DNA of 64,000 bases from Podarcis cretensis. Its lineage: Eukaryota. Under the pieces are notes generated by a model, which made no database searches, had not been told where the DNA came from, and saw only the letters and a program-made list of their open reading frames with translations. The stretch is from positions 47,368,001 to 47,432,000 of the forward strand of contig OX638154.1 in NCBI GenBank assembly GCA_951804945.1, given 5' to 3'. Shown here in pieces: positions 63,256-64,000 of the stretch. The translations under genes were made by a program, and so were the position numbers. Every line of letters begins with the position of its first letter. Positions within the stretch are counted from its first letter, which is position 1.

Positions 63256-64000
63256 TATCTTTACAATATGTGAACCATTAGCTCCCCTCTTTCACTGACA
63301 CACACAGGCCCCCAAGCACTTATCTCCCCTCACAGGCCTTCCTGTGTACATGAAGGTAGAGAGAACTTTCAGTCAGAGCAGGCTGCACACACACAAGGAT
63401 TGATTGCACAAGCAGGGATACTCATAAAATGCACAAATATTATCCTCGTTGTGCAAGCGGAACCTGATAAACTCTTTTATTTTATTATTATTTCAAATAC
63501 ATCCATACACAAACCAATATATACTTCTCCAGGAGTTCCCTTGCTTACCAGAAGTTATAGTAAGGCAAAGTAATGAATAGTACCTATTAACATATCTGCC
63601 TAATACAAAATAGGTAAGAAAAGAAAATGCAATTTGATGGTTTAAAGTTATGTATTTTGTACGTTTTGTCATGCAGGGTTGACAATTTGTGTTTTACAGC
63701 TCAGACCACAAAAAAATGACTCATGGTTCAGAGCTTTAATGGTTTTTATGAAGACTAAGGCTATACCAATCTCAGCATCTCCTATAATCAAATAATTATT
63801 ATCCAAGTCCATAATTTTCAGCAACTGTAAACATCTAAATTTATAGAAATAAAACAAAGTACAAAAAACTCTCATAAATAAATGCAAATAAAAACCTGGC
63901 AGTTAAAACTCTCTTTCCCAATTTTATAAATAAATAAATAAAGGGAAGGGAGAGAGCTCCAACCATAATTTCTCCATTTAGGCACTCGCGATGCATACAA

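Noticed and set aside
57200-64000. Start of the expected neighbour LEMD2
   Set aside because: No CpG island or LEM-domain ORF seen within the window
1-64000. CRISPR array or prokaryotic defence system
   Set aside because: The sequence is intron-containing vertebrate DNA; all repeats are microsatellites or transposons

Overview
Eukaryotic (vertebrate) genomic DNA, most likely from a squamate reptile. The Sauria-SINE, BovB, L2 and CR1 repeats point to a lacertid lizard such as Podarcis (inference). Two intact, divergently transcribed protein-coding genes can be reconstructed by hand. (1) The green-sensitive cone opsin RH2 on the minus strand: 5 exons, 13925->1239, 355 aa, all GT-AG introns at the canonical visual-opsin positions, with a TATA box and a CRX site upstream. 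(2) Prepromotilin MLN on the plus strand: coding exons 49244-49360, 50323-50427, 53341-53446 and probably 55747-55754, 111 aa, mature peptide YLAFYTPDDFRKMQEKERNRAQ. The ~35 kb between them and the last 8 kb contain no supportable coding gene. They hold many short transposon relics (Sauria SINEs, BovB, L2, CR1, hAT and Tc1/mariner MITEs with readable TIRs/TSDs), microsatellites and several motif-dense candidate enhancers. The most notable observations are: clusters of CRX/OTX sites bracketing RH2 exon 2; an LCR-like candidate ~16 kb upstream of RH2; a divergent motilin with an obestatin-like associated peptide; a SINE hotspot with inverted copies around the MLN 3' end; a 60-bp target-site duplication; and a 15-mer shared by unrelated MITE families. 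No prokaryotic-type system (CRISPR etc.) is present, and I found no convincing new gene system.
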